Below are positions 1-8,987 of a stretch of DNA of 64,000 nucleotides, in pieces. The DNA comes from Deferrisomatales bacterium. Lineage in GTDB: Bacteria > Desulfobacterota > Deferrisomatia > Deferrisomatales > JACRMM01. Each line of letters opens with the position of its first letter. The first letter of the stretch is position 1. Where the stretch lies: NCBI GenBank assembly GCA_033551855.1, contig JAWSUI010000018.1, forward strand, positions 1,078-65,077, given 5' to 3'. Both the position numbers and the translations under genes were made by a program. Under the pieces are notes generated by a model. The model was not told the DNA's origin, searched no databases, and worked only from the letters and a program-made list of their open reading frames with translations.

Positions 1-1
1 G

Positions 2-1396
2 ATCGAGTCGACCAACCCCTGCGGCGAGCAGCCGTTGCTGCCCTACGAGTCGTGCAACCTGGGCAGCATCAACCTTGCCGGCATGGCCCGGGACGGGGAG
101 GTGGACTGGGACCGCCTGGGGCGCGTCGTGCAGCGGGCCGTGCACTTTCTCGACAACGTGGTCGATATCAATCGCTATCCCCTTCCCGAGATCGGGGCCG
201 TGACCCGCGGCAACCGCAAGATCGGCCTCGGCGTCATGGGGTGGGCGGACCTGCTCTTCCGCCTGGGGGTCCCCTATGGCTCCGCCGAATCCCTCGAGCT
301 GGCGAAGAAGCTCATGGGCTTCGTGGACCGCGCTGCGGCCGAGGCCTCCGAGGGCCTGGCCGCCGTCCGCGGCCCCTTCCCCCACTTCTCGGGCTCCACC
401 TACGACCGGCCCGGGGCTCGCCCCGTACGCAACGCCACCCGCACCACCATCGCCCCCACCGGGACGATCTCGATCCTCGCAGGGTGCTCCTCCGGGATCG
501 AGCCCCTCTTCTCTCTCGCGTTCGTTCGCCGGGTGATGGACGGCACCGAGATGCTCGAAGTGAACCCGGTCTTCGAGGAAGTGGCCCGCGAACGCGGCTT
601 CTACACCGAGGGGCTTCTGCGCCGGGTCGCCCGAGGGGAATCGATCCGCGGGATGTCGGAGGTTCCCGAGGACGTGCAGCGGGTCTTCGTCACCGCCCAC
701 GACATCACCCCCGAAGACCACATTCGGATGCAGGCCGCCTACCAGACGCACACGAACAACGCCGTCTCGAAGACGGTGAACTTCCCCCGTTCCGCTACCC
801 GCCAGGAGGTCGCCGAGGTCTTCTGGCTGGCCCACCGGCTCGGCTGCAAGGGGGTGACCATCTATCGGGACGGCAGCCGTGAGGGACAGGTGCTCTCGAG
901 CCCGGCCCACCCGTCGTCCAAGGCCCATCCCCCCACCCCGCCGGAACGCCGGAAGCGGGAGCGCCCCCGCGCTCTGGCGGGCACGACCTACCAGATGCAG
1001 ACCGGCTGCGGCCCCCTCTACGTGACGATCAACGAGGACGACCAGGGGCTGTTCGAGGTCTTCACCACCATGGGCAAGGCCGGCGGGTGTGCGGCGAGCC
1101 AGTGCGAGGCCATCGGCCGGCTGGTCTCCCTGGCGTGGCGCTCCGGGGTGGATCCGCTGCCGGTCATGCGGCAGCTCCGGGGGATCTCCTGCCACAAACC
1201 GTCGGGCTTCGGTCCCCACCGGGTTCTGTCCTGCGCGGACGCCCTGGGTATCGCGGTGCACACCCACCTCAACCCGGGGGCAGAAGCGGAGAAGCACGTG
1301 GTCCTGGGCGGGGCGTGCCCCGAGTGCGGGGATGCCGTCGAGCACGAGGAGGGGTGCGTGCTGTGCCGGAGCTGCGGGTATTCGGAGTGCGGGTAG
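2..1396 (+). CDS. nrdJ: Class II (adenosylcobalamin-dependent) ribonucleotide reductase, C-terminal part; the 5' end lies outside the window
   Basis: The frame is open to the left edge. Motifs: YESCNLGSINL, NRKIGLGVMGWADLL, TIAPTGTISILAGCSSGIEP, NAVSKTVNFP, GCKGVTIYRDGSR, and a C-terminal Cys-rich zinc ribbon (CPECG...CRSCGYSEC). Confidence 0.9.
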   Translation: MESTNPCGEQPLLPYESCNLGSINLAGMARDGEVDWDRLGRVVQRAVHFLDNVVDINRYPLPEIGAVTRGNRKIGLGVMGWADLLFRLGVPYGSAESLELAKKLMGFVDRAAAEASEGLAAVRGPFPHFSGSTYDRPGARPVRNATRTTIAPTGTISILAGCSSGIEPLFSLAFVRRVMDGTEMLEVNPVFEEVARERGFYTEGLLRRVARGESIRGMSEVPEDVQRVFVTAHDITPEDHIRMQAAYQTHTNNAVSKTVNFPRSATRQEVAEVFWLAHRLGCKGVTIYRDGSREGQVLSSPAHPSSKAHPPTPPERRKRERPRALAGTTYQMQTGCGPLYVTINEDDQGLFEVFTTMGKAGGCAASQCEAIGRLVSLAWRSGVDPLPVMRQLRGISCHKPSGFGPHRVLSCADALGIAVHTHLNPGAEAEKHVVLGGACPECGDAVEHEEGCVLCRSCGYSECG

Positions 1397-1411
1397 GGGC
1401 GGCGCGGCAAC

Positions 1412-1461
1412 GTAGGGGCGACGCCGCGGCAATGCAGGGGCGACGCATGCGTCGCCCCTAC
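1412..1461. terminator. Palindromic hairpin between convergent nrdJ and the SNF2 gene; a likely bidirectional terminator
   Basis: Perfect 24-nt palindrome AGGGGCGACGCATGCGTCGCCCCT (1436-1459). An upstream direct copy GTAGGGGCGACGC (1412-1424) can also pair with GCGTCGCCCCTAC (1449-1461). The structure overlaps the SNF2 stop codon (1458-1460). There is no U-tract. Confidence 0.5.
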
Positions 1462-4400
1462 GGGGCGAACAGGGCCTCCACGTCTGCCTCGGTCAGGGTC
1501 CCCCCCCACGCCCGTTCGGACCGGACGAGGTCGTCGGTGAGGCGGCGCTTCCTCTCCTGGAGGGCGAGCACCTTCTCTTCCACGCTGCCCTTGGTGATGA
1601 GCTTGTAGGCGAAGACCTTCCTCGTTTGCCCGATACGGTGGGCTCGGTCGGCGGCCTGGATCTCGACGGCCGGGTTCCACCAGGGGTCCGCCAGGATCAC
1701 GTAGTCCGCCCCGGTGAGGTTGAGCCCCGTTCCGCCCGCCTTGAGGCTCACCAGGAACGCCTTGACCGAGGGGTCTTCCTGGAACCGGCGGACCCTCTCC
1801 TCCCGATCCCGGGTGTGGCCGTCCATGTAGAGGTGCGAGATCCCCGCCTCCTCGAACCACCGCCGCAGGAATCCGAGCACCTTCACGAACTGGCTGAACA
1901 CGAGCAGCCGGTGCCCCTCTTCCACCACTTCGGCCACGAATCCCCGAAGCAGGTCGAACTTGGCCGAGGGCACACCCTCACCTACGCCCCCCGGCAGGGT
2001 GCTGGGGAAACTGCAGGCCTGGCGGAGCCGCAGCAGGGCTTCCAGGATGGAGAACCTCGCCCTGTCCAGGCCTCTCTCCCTGACCTCCCCCAGAACCCGC
2101 TCGCGGCTTGCACGCAGGAGCTCCCGGTAGAGGCGCTCCTGTTCCTCGCCCATCTCGCACCAGAGGACGTGCTCCACTTTCTCCGGAAGCTCTCGGGCCA
2201 CCTCGGACTTGAGTCGCCGGAGAAGGAAGGGGCGGATGCGTTGGCGCAGGGTGTCCCGTGCCGACTCGTCGCCCTGGAGGATCGGTTGGGTGAAGGTGCG
2301 GGTGAAGCCCCTCTCGGTACCCAGGAGGCCGGGGGCGAGGAACTGGAAGTGGCTCCAGAGCTCCCCCAGATGGTTTTCCAGAGGCGTGCCCGTCAGGGCG
2401 AGCCGACACCGACCCCCCAGCCGGGCTGCGGCGCGGGCTGTCTGGGTCGCCGCGTTCTTGATGGCCTGGGCTTCGTCCAGAATCACGTAGTTCCAGGCCA
2501 CGGCCGCCAGAAGGGTCACGTCCCGCCGGAGCACGGCGTAACTCGTCACCACCAGGTCGCTGTCCTCCAGCAGCTCAGCCCGTTCCTTGCGCTCCGCCCC
2601 GGTGTAGCGAACGACCCGCAGACCCGGGGCGAAGCGGGCGGCCTCGGCCTCCCAGTTGGGCACCACCGAGGTGGGCGCCACGACGAGGTTCGGGCCACGC
2701 CCCTCGTCTGTCTCGGCCAGGAGCACCGCCAGCGCCTGGACCGTCTTTCCCAAGCCCATGTCATCGGCGAGCACACAGCCCAGCCCCAGGCGGCCCAGGC
2801 GTCTCATCCATCGGTACCCGTCCACCTGGTACGGCCGCAGGGTGCCGCGAAACCCGGGCGGAGGCGGGAGCTCGGCGTCGGGGGCCTCGGTCGGGACGGC
2901 CCCCGGCCAGAGCGCCGCCGTCAGCCGCTCCCACGCGGGCCGTCCCTCCACCTCCCAACCGTCCGCGGCCTCCAGGGCCTGCCGCACCAGTGGGGCCAGG
3001 TGCAGGGGAAGCCGCCGGCCCCGGGGGTCGAGCCCCTCGAGCGCACCCCCCAGCCGCTCCGCCCACTCCCGGGGCAGGACGGCATGCCCCCCGTCCCCCA
3101 GGCGCACGTAGCCACCCCCGCGCCGCAGGGCCCGGAAGAGCTCCCGGCTCGGGATGGGCTCCCCGTCCGCCTCCGCCTCCAGCTCCAGCTCCAGCCAATC
3201 CTCCGCCGCGAAGAGCCGCACCCGCAGTCCCTGGGCGGCCCGCGTCACCCGGTGCCGCCGAAGGGCGTCCCGGCCGAAGACCTGCCACTCCCGGCTGAGG
3301 GCCTCCAGATCCCCACGGACGAAGTCCAGTGCCGTCTCCCCCTCGATCTCGAACCGGCCCGCGTCGGCGACCCGGAACCCCAACTTCCGCAGGCGCAGTG
3401 CGCAGTGGAACTCTGCCTCCAGGTCCCGCCGCAGCAGGGTGCGCTGGGCCCCTGCCCCTACCGGCACAACGGGATCGGGGTTCTCCGCGGGAACCTCCAC
3501 GTCGCCGTATGCGAACCGCAGGACGGCCACCAGGGCGCCCTTCTCCTCGGTGAGGTAGAGTCGGGGACAGGCGGTCTCCCGGACCAGCAGCGGGCGGCCC
3601 CCCACGTCCCCCGCCTCCACCCCGATGCCGCGGCCCTCGAGCTCCGCCACGAAGGAACCGAGAAACGCGGGCACATCCTCCTCGGGAACCAACGGCGGGT
3701 GCTCTGCCAGCCAGCCCAGGGCCTCCGGGTCGTCGGGGCCGAGCACGGGCCGCAGCTCCCCCGCGTCTTCCACCCACGGAGGCCGAGACGAGACGACGCG
3801 CGCGGCGGTCGGCTCCCAGGGGGAGCCGTCCATCTCGCGCCAGCCCGGGGCGAGCTCGAGGCCGCCGGCCCGGTGCTCCAGCCCCACGGTGAGCCCCACG
3901 GGGCGCACCGAAACGCTCGCCGGCGCCCGATCCGAGGCCCAGTGGACCTCCCTTGCGCGGGCCAAGGCCCGCAACACCCCATCCGCCCGGGCCTCCCCGA
4001 TCTCCACCGCGCCACCGCCGGCCGGACGGGGCACGGTCTCCGCAGGGGCGACGGCGGCCACGACCCGTTCGTCCTCCCGCGTCAGGCAAGGGGGAGGGGT
4101 CTGCCGCAGGCTCTGGTAGGTGAGGATCCTCCCCCGCCCGAGACCCCGGGTCGTGACCCGGTGCAGGCGCCAGGACAGGACCAGGCTCCAGGAGGCCCTC
4201 TCTCCGCGGCGGAGCTCGACCCAGTGGGCCACGACCTCCTGACCCGGCACCGCCACGGGGTGGGAGCGAGGGGGTGCGAGAGCACGGAGGAGGGACCGCC
4301 AGTCGCCGGGCCGGGAACCGGACGGCCGGTCCTCGTCGGCCCACTGCCGCACCACCGCCAGCACGTGCCGACAGGGCCAGGAAAGGCTCGGGCAGTCGCA

Positions 4401-4634
4401 GCGGGCGTCGAGACGGGTTGGCAGGATGGTAGCCACCACCCGGTGGGGGGAACCCTCTGCCTTGCGCCGTCCCACCAGACCCTGGAGGACGAGGCGCCCC
4501 GGCAGCGCCCGCTCCTCCGTGACCCGCACCGCGCCCTCCCGACAGAGCGAGACCCCCAGGAAGCGTTCCTCCCGAAGGGCAGCGCGTTCGAAGGCGGCAA
4601 GGATCTGTCGGGGCTGGGTCCAGTCGAGCTTCAT
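1458..4634 (-). CDS. SNF2-family helicase/ATPase with an N-terminal SWIM zinc finger
   Basis: I chose the ATG at 4634 (MKLDWTQPRQ) because the track start at 4823 lies in Arg/Pro-rich text. SWIM motif: CDCPSLSWPCRHVLAV. Helicase motifs: LADDMGLGKT, ILDEAQAIKN, LTGTPLEN, and SLKAGGTGLNLTGADYVILADPWWNPAVEIQAADRAHRIGQ. Confidence 0.9.
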   Translation of the reverse strand: MKLDWTQPRQILAAFERAALREERFLGVSLCREGAVRVTEERALPGRLVLQGLVGRRKAEGSPHRVVATILPTRLDARCDCPSLSWPCRHVLAVVRQWADEDRPSGSRPGDWRSLLRALAPPRSHPVAVPGQEVVAHWVELRRGERASWSLVLSWRLHRVTTRGLGRGRILTYQSLRQTPPPCLTREDERVVAAVAPAETVPRPAGGGAVEIGEARADGVLRALARAREVHWASDRAPASVSVRPVGLTVGLEHRAGGLELAPGWREMDGSPWEPTAARVVSSRPPWVEDAGELRPVLGPDDPEALGWLAEHPPLVPEEDVPAFLGSFVAELEGRGIGVEAGDVGGRPLLVRETACPRLYLTEEKGALVAVLRFAYGDVEVPAENPDPVVPVGAGAQRTLLRRDLEAEFHCALRLRKLGFRVADAGRFEIEGETALDFVRGDLEALSREWQVFGRDALRRHRVTRAAQGLRVRLFAAEDWLELELEAEADGEPIPSRELFRALRRGGGYVRLGDGGHAVLPREWAERLGGALEGLDPRGRRLPLHLAPLVRQALEAADGWEVEGRPAWERLTAALWPGAVPTEAPDAELPPPPGFRGTLRPYQVDGYRWMRRLGRLGLGCVLADDMGLGKTVQALAVLLAETDEGRGPNLVVAPTSVVPNWEAEAARFAPGLRVVRYTGAERKERAELLEDSDLVVTSYAVLRRDVTLLAAVAWNYVILDEAQAIKNAATQTARAAARLGGRCRLALTGTPLENHLGELWSHFQFLAPGLLGTERGFTRTFTQPILQGDESARDTLRQRIRPFLLRRLKSEVARELPEKVEHVLWCEMGEEQERLYRELLRASRERVLGEVRERGLDRARFSILEALLRLRQACSFPSTLPGGVGEGVPSAKFDLLRGFVAEVVEEGHRLLVFSQFVKVLGFLRRWFEEAGISHLYMDGHTRDREERVRRFQEDPSVKAFLVSLKAGGTGLNLTGADYVILADPWWNPAVEIQAADRAHRIGQTRKVFAYKLITKGSVEEKVLALQERKRRLTDDLVRSERAWGGTLTEADVEALFAP

Positions 4635-5269
4635 GGCGTCCGAGGGGGGAACCGGGAAAGAGGCCAGTCCGTGATGATAGGCCAGGCAACCCCCGGACGC
4701 CAAGCCGCCGACGCTTGGTTTTCCCGCCCGTGAATCGTACTGGGACGAGAGTCGCGTCAAAGTCGGGGGCGGGGCCTTCCTGGAGAGCGGGCAAGCGGCC
4801 TTGGAACGAGGCCGTGGGCGCACCGAAGGGCCGCAGGGCCGCTCGAAACCGCCTCGCGATCACTGCGCGCCGGGGTCCTGCCCGCCGGAGGGAAGGTTTC
4901 GCGCCGAACGCACGCGGAGAACCGATCGCTCGCGGCAGAAATCGGTCGCCGTCCGGAATGCCCCTCCGACCCGCCCGGCTTCCTTCGGGGCCGGTGTTTC
5001 ACCTTCCGGAAGAAGCTCCTTTCCGTCTCATCCGGGAAACGGTCGGGTGGCTCCGCCCACTCCGGCAGAAGCTCCCGGGCAATCCCGGCCGCGCCCCCCC
5101 CACCCCGTTGCGGGTGGCGGCAGGGAAGAGGCAGCCCCCGAGGACCCCCGTCGTCGAACGACCGTGCGCCTGTGGGGTCGAGGCCGCCCGGCCGTCCGTG
5201 TACGCGAGGACCCGGTCGTTCCCCGGAAGAACCTCTTTTCACGCACACCCGGTCCGGTAGAATGGCCTC

Positions 5270-6142
5270 ATGCTCGTGCCCACCCTCCGCCCGCTGCTGT
5301 GGCTCCTGCTGGCGTGCCTGCCCTGCACCGCGGGGTGCGCTCGTCTCGTGGACGGGTTCCTCTACTCCCCGGAGCGCATGCTCACAGGGGCGCCCGGCGC
5401 GGTGGGTCTGCCGTACGAGGAACTGCGCTTCGCCGCGGAAGACGGCCCGGACCTGCACGGGTGGTGGATACCCGGGCGCAGGCCCGGTCCCGCCGTCGTC
5501 TTCTTCCACGGGAACGCCGGCAACGTCTCCCGCCGCCTCGACATCCTCCGGCGCCTTCACGACCGCGTGGGCCTGGGCGTCCTCATCTTCGACTACCGGG
5601 GGTACGGAAAGAGCTCCGGGTCACCGTCGGAGGAAGGTCTGTACGCCGACGTCCGGGCGGCCCGTGCCCTGGCCCGGACCCGGGGATGGGACGGGGGGGG
5701 ATTGGTCCTCTACGGCCGCAGCCTCGGGGCCGCCGTGGCCCTGCGTTCCGCCGTGGAGTCCCCTCCCCTGGGGTGCGTGCTGGAAGCCGCCTTCACCTCC
5801 CTGGAGGACCTGGCCCGGCTCCACTACCCCGTGCTCTCCCACCTGCTGATGCCCTGGGTGCGAGGCCAGTACCCGAACCTCGCGGCGGTCCGGGGGCTCT
5901 CGAGCCCCGTGCTCTTCCTCCACGGCGACCGGGACACGATCGCACCCATCGGCATGGGCTGGCGCCTGTTCGACGCCGCCCCGGGGGAGAAGCGGTTTCG
6001 CACCCTGCTGGGCGCGGGCCACGACGACGCGCCCTTCGTGGGGGGAGACGCCTACTGGGAAGCGTGGGAGGATTTCCTGGAGCTCCTCGCCGGGGAGCGG
6101 GCGGCGCAGGGGCAGGCCACCCCCGCACGGTACGGGCTCTGA
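5270..6142 (+). CDS. Alpha/beta-fold hydrolase, probable lipoprotein
   Basis: Motifs: FFHGNAGN block, nucleophile elbow GRSLG, LHGDRD, GAGHDD. The hydrophobic N-terminus ends in the lipobox-like TAGC. Confidence 0.8.
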   Translation: MLVPTLRPLLWLLLACLPCTAGCARLVDGFLYSPERMLTGAPGAVGLPYEELRFAAEDGPDLHGWWIPGRRPGPAVVFFHGNAGNVSRRLDILRRLHDRVGLGVLIFDYRGYGKSSGSPSEEGLYADVRAARALARTRGWDGGGLVLYGRSLGAAVALRSAVESPPLGCVLEAAFTSLEDLARLHYPVLSHLLMPWVRGQYPNLAAVRGLSSPVLFLHGDRDTIAPIGMGWRLFDAAPGEKRFRTLLGAGHDDAPFVGGDAYWEAWEDFLELLAGERAAQGQATPARYGL

Positions 6143-6310
6143 CCCGCGCCGCGGCCCGGGCAGGGGGACGGGCGGGCCTGCTCGAACGTTTGCCGGATGA
6201 GCCCGAAAGGAAAGGTCTTCCGGGGAAGGGCGGGTGGCGTACCCGAGGACGGCCGGGTGGCTCCGGCGGTTTCCCGGATCAGCCGAAAGGAGGGGGCACG
6301 GGGCGCAGGG

Positions 6311-6682
6311 TCAGTGGGACTCCGCCAGAAACCGACCGATGAGCTCCGCGGAGTCCCGCTCCAGGTTCAGGAAGTAGACCGCCAGGCGGTACTCGCTGAC
6401 CCCGGCCATCTCGGCCTGCGGCTCCACCCGCACGACCACCCCGTCGCACTCCACCCGCACCGCATCGCGGGTGGCGAAGGGAAGCTCCACGGTGACCTTC
6501 AGCTTGGCGAAGGCCGGCACGTAACGCGGGCTTCTGCAGTACAGGCCCCTCGTGGAGATGTTGATCGACTCGGCCTTGACGCCGTCGGCGCCGTCGTGCA
6601 CCACCCGCAGGGGCACCGTGCGCTCGTAGCGCGGTTCGCGGCGCCTTTCGTGGTCCTTCGAGTCCCCTCCCTGCTTGTCCAT
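6311..6682 (-). CDS. PilZ-domain protein (c-di-GMP-binding type)
   Basis: RxxxR (RREPR) followed by NISTRG, which fits (D/N)xSxxG. The protein is 123 aa. A GGAGG Shine-Dalgarno sequence sits upstream of the ATG at 6682. Confidence 0.75.
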   Translation of the reverse strand: MDKQGGDSKDHERRREPRYERTVPLRVVHDGADGVKAESINISTRGLYCRSPRYVPAFAKLKVTVELPFATRDAVRVECDGVVVRVEPQAEMAGVSEYRLAVYFLNLERDSAELIGRFLAESH

Positions 6683-6713
6683 CGCTCCCCTCCTTCGAAA
6701 CGAACCCCCTCTC

Positions 6714-7844
6714 CTAGCCTGCTGCGGAAGGCGCTTCCCGCACCGCCGCGAAGTCCCGGATCAGCCGGTAGGTGGTGTCCCTCTGGGCCGGGCGGAAGCC
6801 GGCATCTGCGATCAACTCCACGATCCGCCCCTGCTCGAGCCGAAATCGGACCCCGGCCGCCGCCACCACGTTCTCCTCGAGCATGGTGGACCCCAGGTCG
6901 TTGGCCCCGAAGCGCAGAGCCACCTGGGCGACTTTCTCCCCCTGGGTCACCCAGGATGCCTGCACATTGGCCACGTTGTCGAGTACCAACCGTGAGACGG
7001 CCAGAACCCGCAGGTACCGGACCGCCCCCGCGGGCCGCGCGCCCGTGGCCCGGCCGAGCTCCGTGTGGGTCGGCTGGAAGGTCCACGGGATGAAGGCCGT
7101 GAAGCCTCCCGTGCGGCCCTGGAGCTCTCGGACCCGCAGCAGGTGGTCCACGATGTCCTCGTCGGTCTCCGTGGACCCGAACATCAGGGTGGCCGTGGTG
7201 GGCATCCCCAGCCGATGCGCGGCCTCCATGACCGCCGCCCACTCCCGCCACCCGATCTTGTTGGGGCTGATCTCCCGCCGCACCCGGTCCACCAGCACCT
7301 CGGCCCCCCCCCCGGGGATCGAGTCGAGGCCCGGCCGGTGCAGCCGCTCCAGGACACCCTCGACGGAGAGCCCGGAGAGACGGGTCAGGTGGACGACCTC
7401 CGCCGGCGACAGGCTGTGGTTCTGGAGTCCGGGGAAGGATCTCTTCATCTCCCGGAAGAGCTCCTCGAACCACTCCAGCGGAAGGTCGGGGTGCAGCCCC
7501 CCCTGCATCAGCACCTGGGTTCCCCCGAGCTCCACGAGCTCCCGGACCTTGGCCAGGATCTCCCCGTGGCCGAGCACGTAGCCCTCCGGATCCCCCGGCG
7601 GGCGGTAGAAGGCGCAGAAGCGGCACTGGCACGTGCACACGTTCGTGTAGTTCACGTTCCGGTCCACCACGAAGGTGACGATCCCCTCCGGGTGCAGGCG
7701 CTCCCGCACCGCGTCCGCCCGGCGCCCCAGGGCCAGGAACTCCTCGTCCCGCAGGAGCCCCAGGGCTTCCTCGCGGCCGACCCGGCCGACAACCCCGTGA
7801 AGGGACGCCCCGGCCCCCGTCACCGAGCCCCCCTCGCGCACCAC
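6714..7844 (-). CDS. mqnC: Radical SAM cyclic dehypoxanthine futalosine synthase (futalosine menaquinone pathway)
   Basis: CxxxCxxC cluster in VDRNVNYTNVCTCQCRFCAF. Other blocks: GGTQVLMQGG, GGGAE, and the MqnC-like GSTMLEENVVAAAG. Starts at GTG, 3 nt after the stop of the upstream mqnE. Confidence 0.75.
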   Translation of the reverse strand: MVREGGSVTGAGASLHGVVGRVGREEALGLLRDEEFLALGRRADAVRERLHPEGIVTFVVDRNVNYTNVCTCQCRFCAFYRPPGDPEGYVLGHGEILAKVRELVELGGTQVLMQGGLHPDLPLEWFEELFREMKRSFPGLQNHSLSPAEVVHLTRLSGLSVEGVLERLHRPGLDSIPGGGAEVLVDRVRREISPNKIGWREWAAVMEAAHRLGMPTTATLMFGSTETDEDIVDHLLRVRELQGRTGGFTAFIPWTFQPTHTELGRATGARPAGAVRYLRVLAVSRLVLDNVANVQASWVTQGEKVAQVALRFGANDLGSTMLEENVVAAAGVRFRLEQGRIVELIADAGFRPAQRDTTYRLIRDFAAVREAPSAAG

Positions 7845-7847
7845 CCC

Positions 7848-8987
7848 TCAGCCCTCTCCATCACGCCCCTTCGTCCCCCTCCCCCGACCCCCGTCCCGCC
7901 CCCCGTCCCGCGTCACCGCCCGATACAGCGTATCCCGCTCCACGGCCACCTTGCCCGCCTCATGAATGAGCGCCACCAGGTCGTCCCGGCCCATGGCGCC
8001 CCGGCTCGTGGCCCCGGCGTCGTGGGCGATCCTCTCCTCCACGACCGTGCCGTCGAGGTCATCGACCCCGAAGTGGAGGCTCACCTGGGCGATCTTCTCC
8101 CCGAGCATGACCCAGTAGGCCTTCACGTGGTCGAAGTTGTCCAGGTACAGCCGAGCGGTTGCCAGCGTCCGGAGGTCGTCGAACCCGGTGGTCGCGGCAC
8201 CCGTGGCCAGGTCCGAGTTCCGGGGCTGGAACGCCAGGGGGATGAAGGCCTGGAAGCCCCCGGTGCGATCCTGCAGGTCCCGGAGCAGGCGCAGGTGCTC
8301 CACCCGATCCTCCAGGCTCTCCACGTGGCCGTAGAGCATCGTCGCGTTGGCACGAAGCCCCAGGCCGTGGGCCGTCTCCATCACCTCGAGCCAGCGCCGA
8401 CCGGAGCTCTTCTCGGGACAGATCCGCTGCCGGGTCTCCTCGCCCAGGATCTCCGCTCCTCCCCCGGGAAGGCTCCCCAGCCCGGCCTCGGCCAGGGTCT
8501 CGAGCACCTGGCGCACCGGCCGGCCCGAGAGGCGGGCCAGGTGATCGATCTCCACGGCGGTGAACCCCTTGACGTGGAGGGCCGGGTGGCGCTGCCGGAT
8601 CTCCCGCAGCACGTCGGCATACCACTCCAGGGGGAGGTCCGGGTGGAGCCCCCCCACCATGTGCACCTCGGTCGCCCCGGCCGCTTCCGCTTCGGCCGCC
8701 CGGTCCAGCACCTCCTCCCGAGTCAGGGTGTAGGCGCCGTCCTCGCCCGGGCTGCGGCTGAAGGCGCAGAAACGGCAACGGTTGACGCAGACGTTGGTCG
8801 GGTTGATGTGCCGGTTGACGTTGTAGAAGACCCGGTCGCCGTTCCTGCGTCGATTGGCGAGGTTCGCAAGCTCCCCCACGGCCAGGAGGTCGTCGGCGCT
8901 CCAGAGCGCCAGGGCGTCGGCCTCCGAAAGGCGCTCGCCCGCCGCCACCTTGCGGCCGACGGCGCCGAGGGGGGGCAGCCCGGTCAC
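7848..8987 (-). CDS. mqnE: Radical SAM aminofutalosine synthase (futalosine menaquinone pathway)
   Basis: The GTG at 8987 overlaps the stop of the upstream prenyltransferase gene (GTGA). Motifs: GERLSEADALALW, NVNRHINPTNVCVNRCRFCAF, GGGAEI, DGTVVEERIAHDAG, which fit the MqnE pattern as I recall it. The track ORF extending to 9368 is out-of-frame read-through. Confidence 0.75.
   Translation of the reverse strand: MTGLPPLGAVGRKVAAGERLSEADALALWSADDLLAVGELANLANRRRNGDRVFYNVNRHINPTNVCVNRCRFCAFSRSPGEDGAYTLTREEVLDRAAEAEAAGATEVHMVGGLHPDLPLEWYADVLREIRQRHPALHVKGFTAVEIDHLARLSGRPVRQVLETLAEAGLGSLPGGGAEILGEETRQRICPEKSSGRRWLEVMETAHGLGLRANATMLYGHVESLEDRVEHLRLLRDLQDRTGGFQAFIPLAFQPRNSDLATGAATTGFDDLRTLATARLYLDNFDHVKAYWVMLGEKIAQVSLHFGVDDLDGTVVEERIAHDAGATSRGAMGRDDLVALIHEAGKVAVERDTLYRAVTRDGGRDGGRGRGTKGRDGEG

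Noticed and set aside
1626-4733. 1035-aa ORF on the + strand
   Set aside because: It lies entirely antisense to the SNF2/SWIM helicase gene. The sequence is Arg/Pro/Gly/His-rich with no recognisable motif, which is a typical shadow ORF of a GC-rich gene.
4801-6342. 513-aa ORF on the + strand spanning the 4.6-5.3 kb gap and the hydrolase gene
   Set aside because: It is a different frame from the alpha/beta hydrolase, which has clear motifs. It is Arg/Pro-rich throughout.
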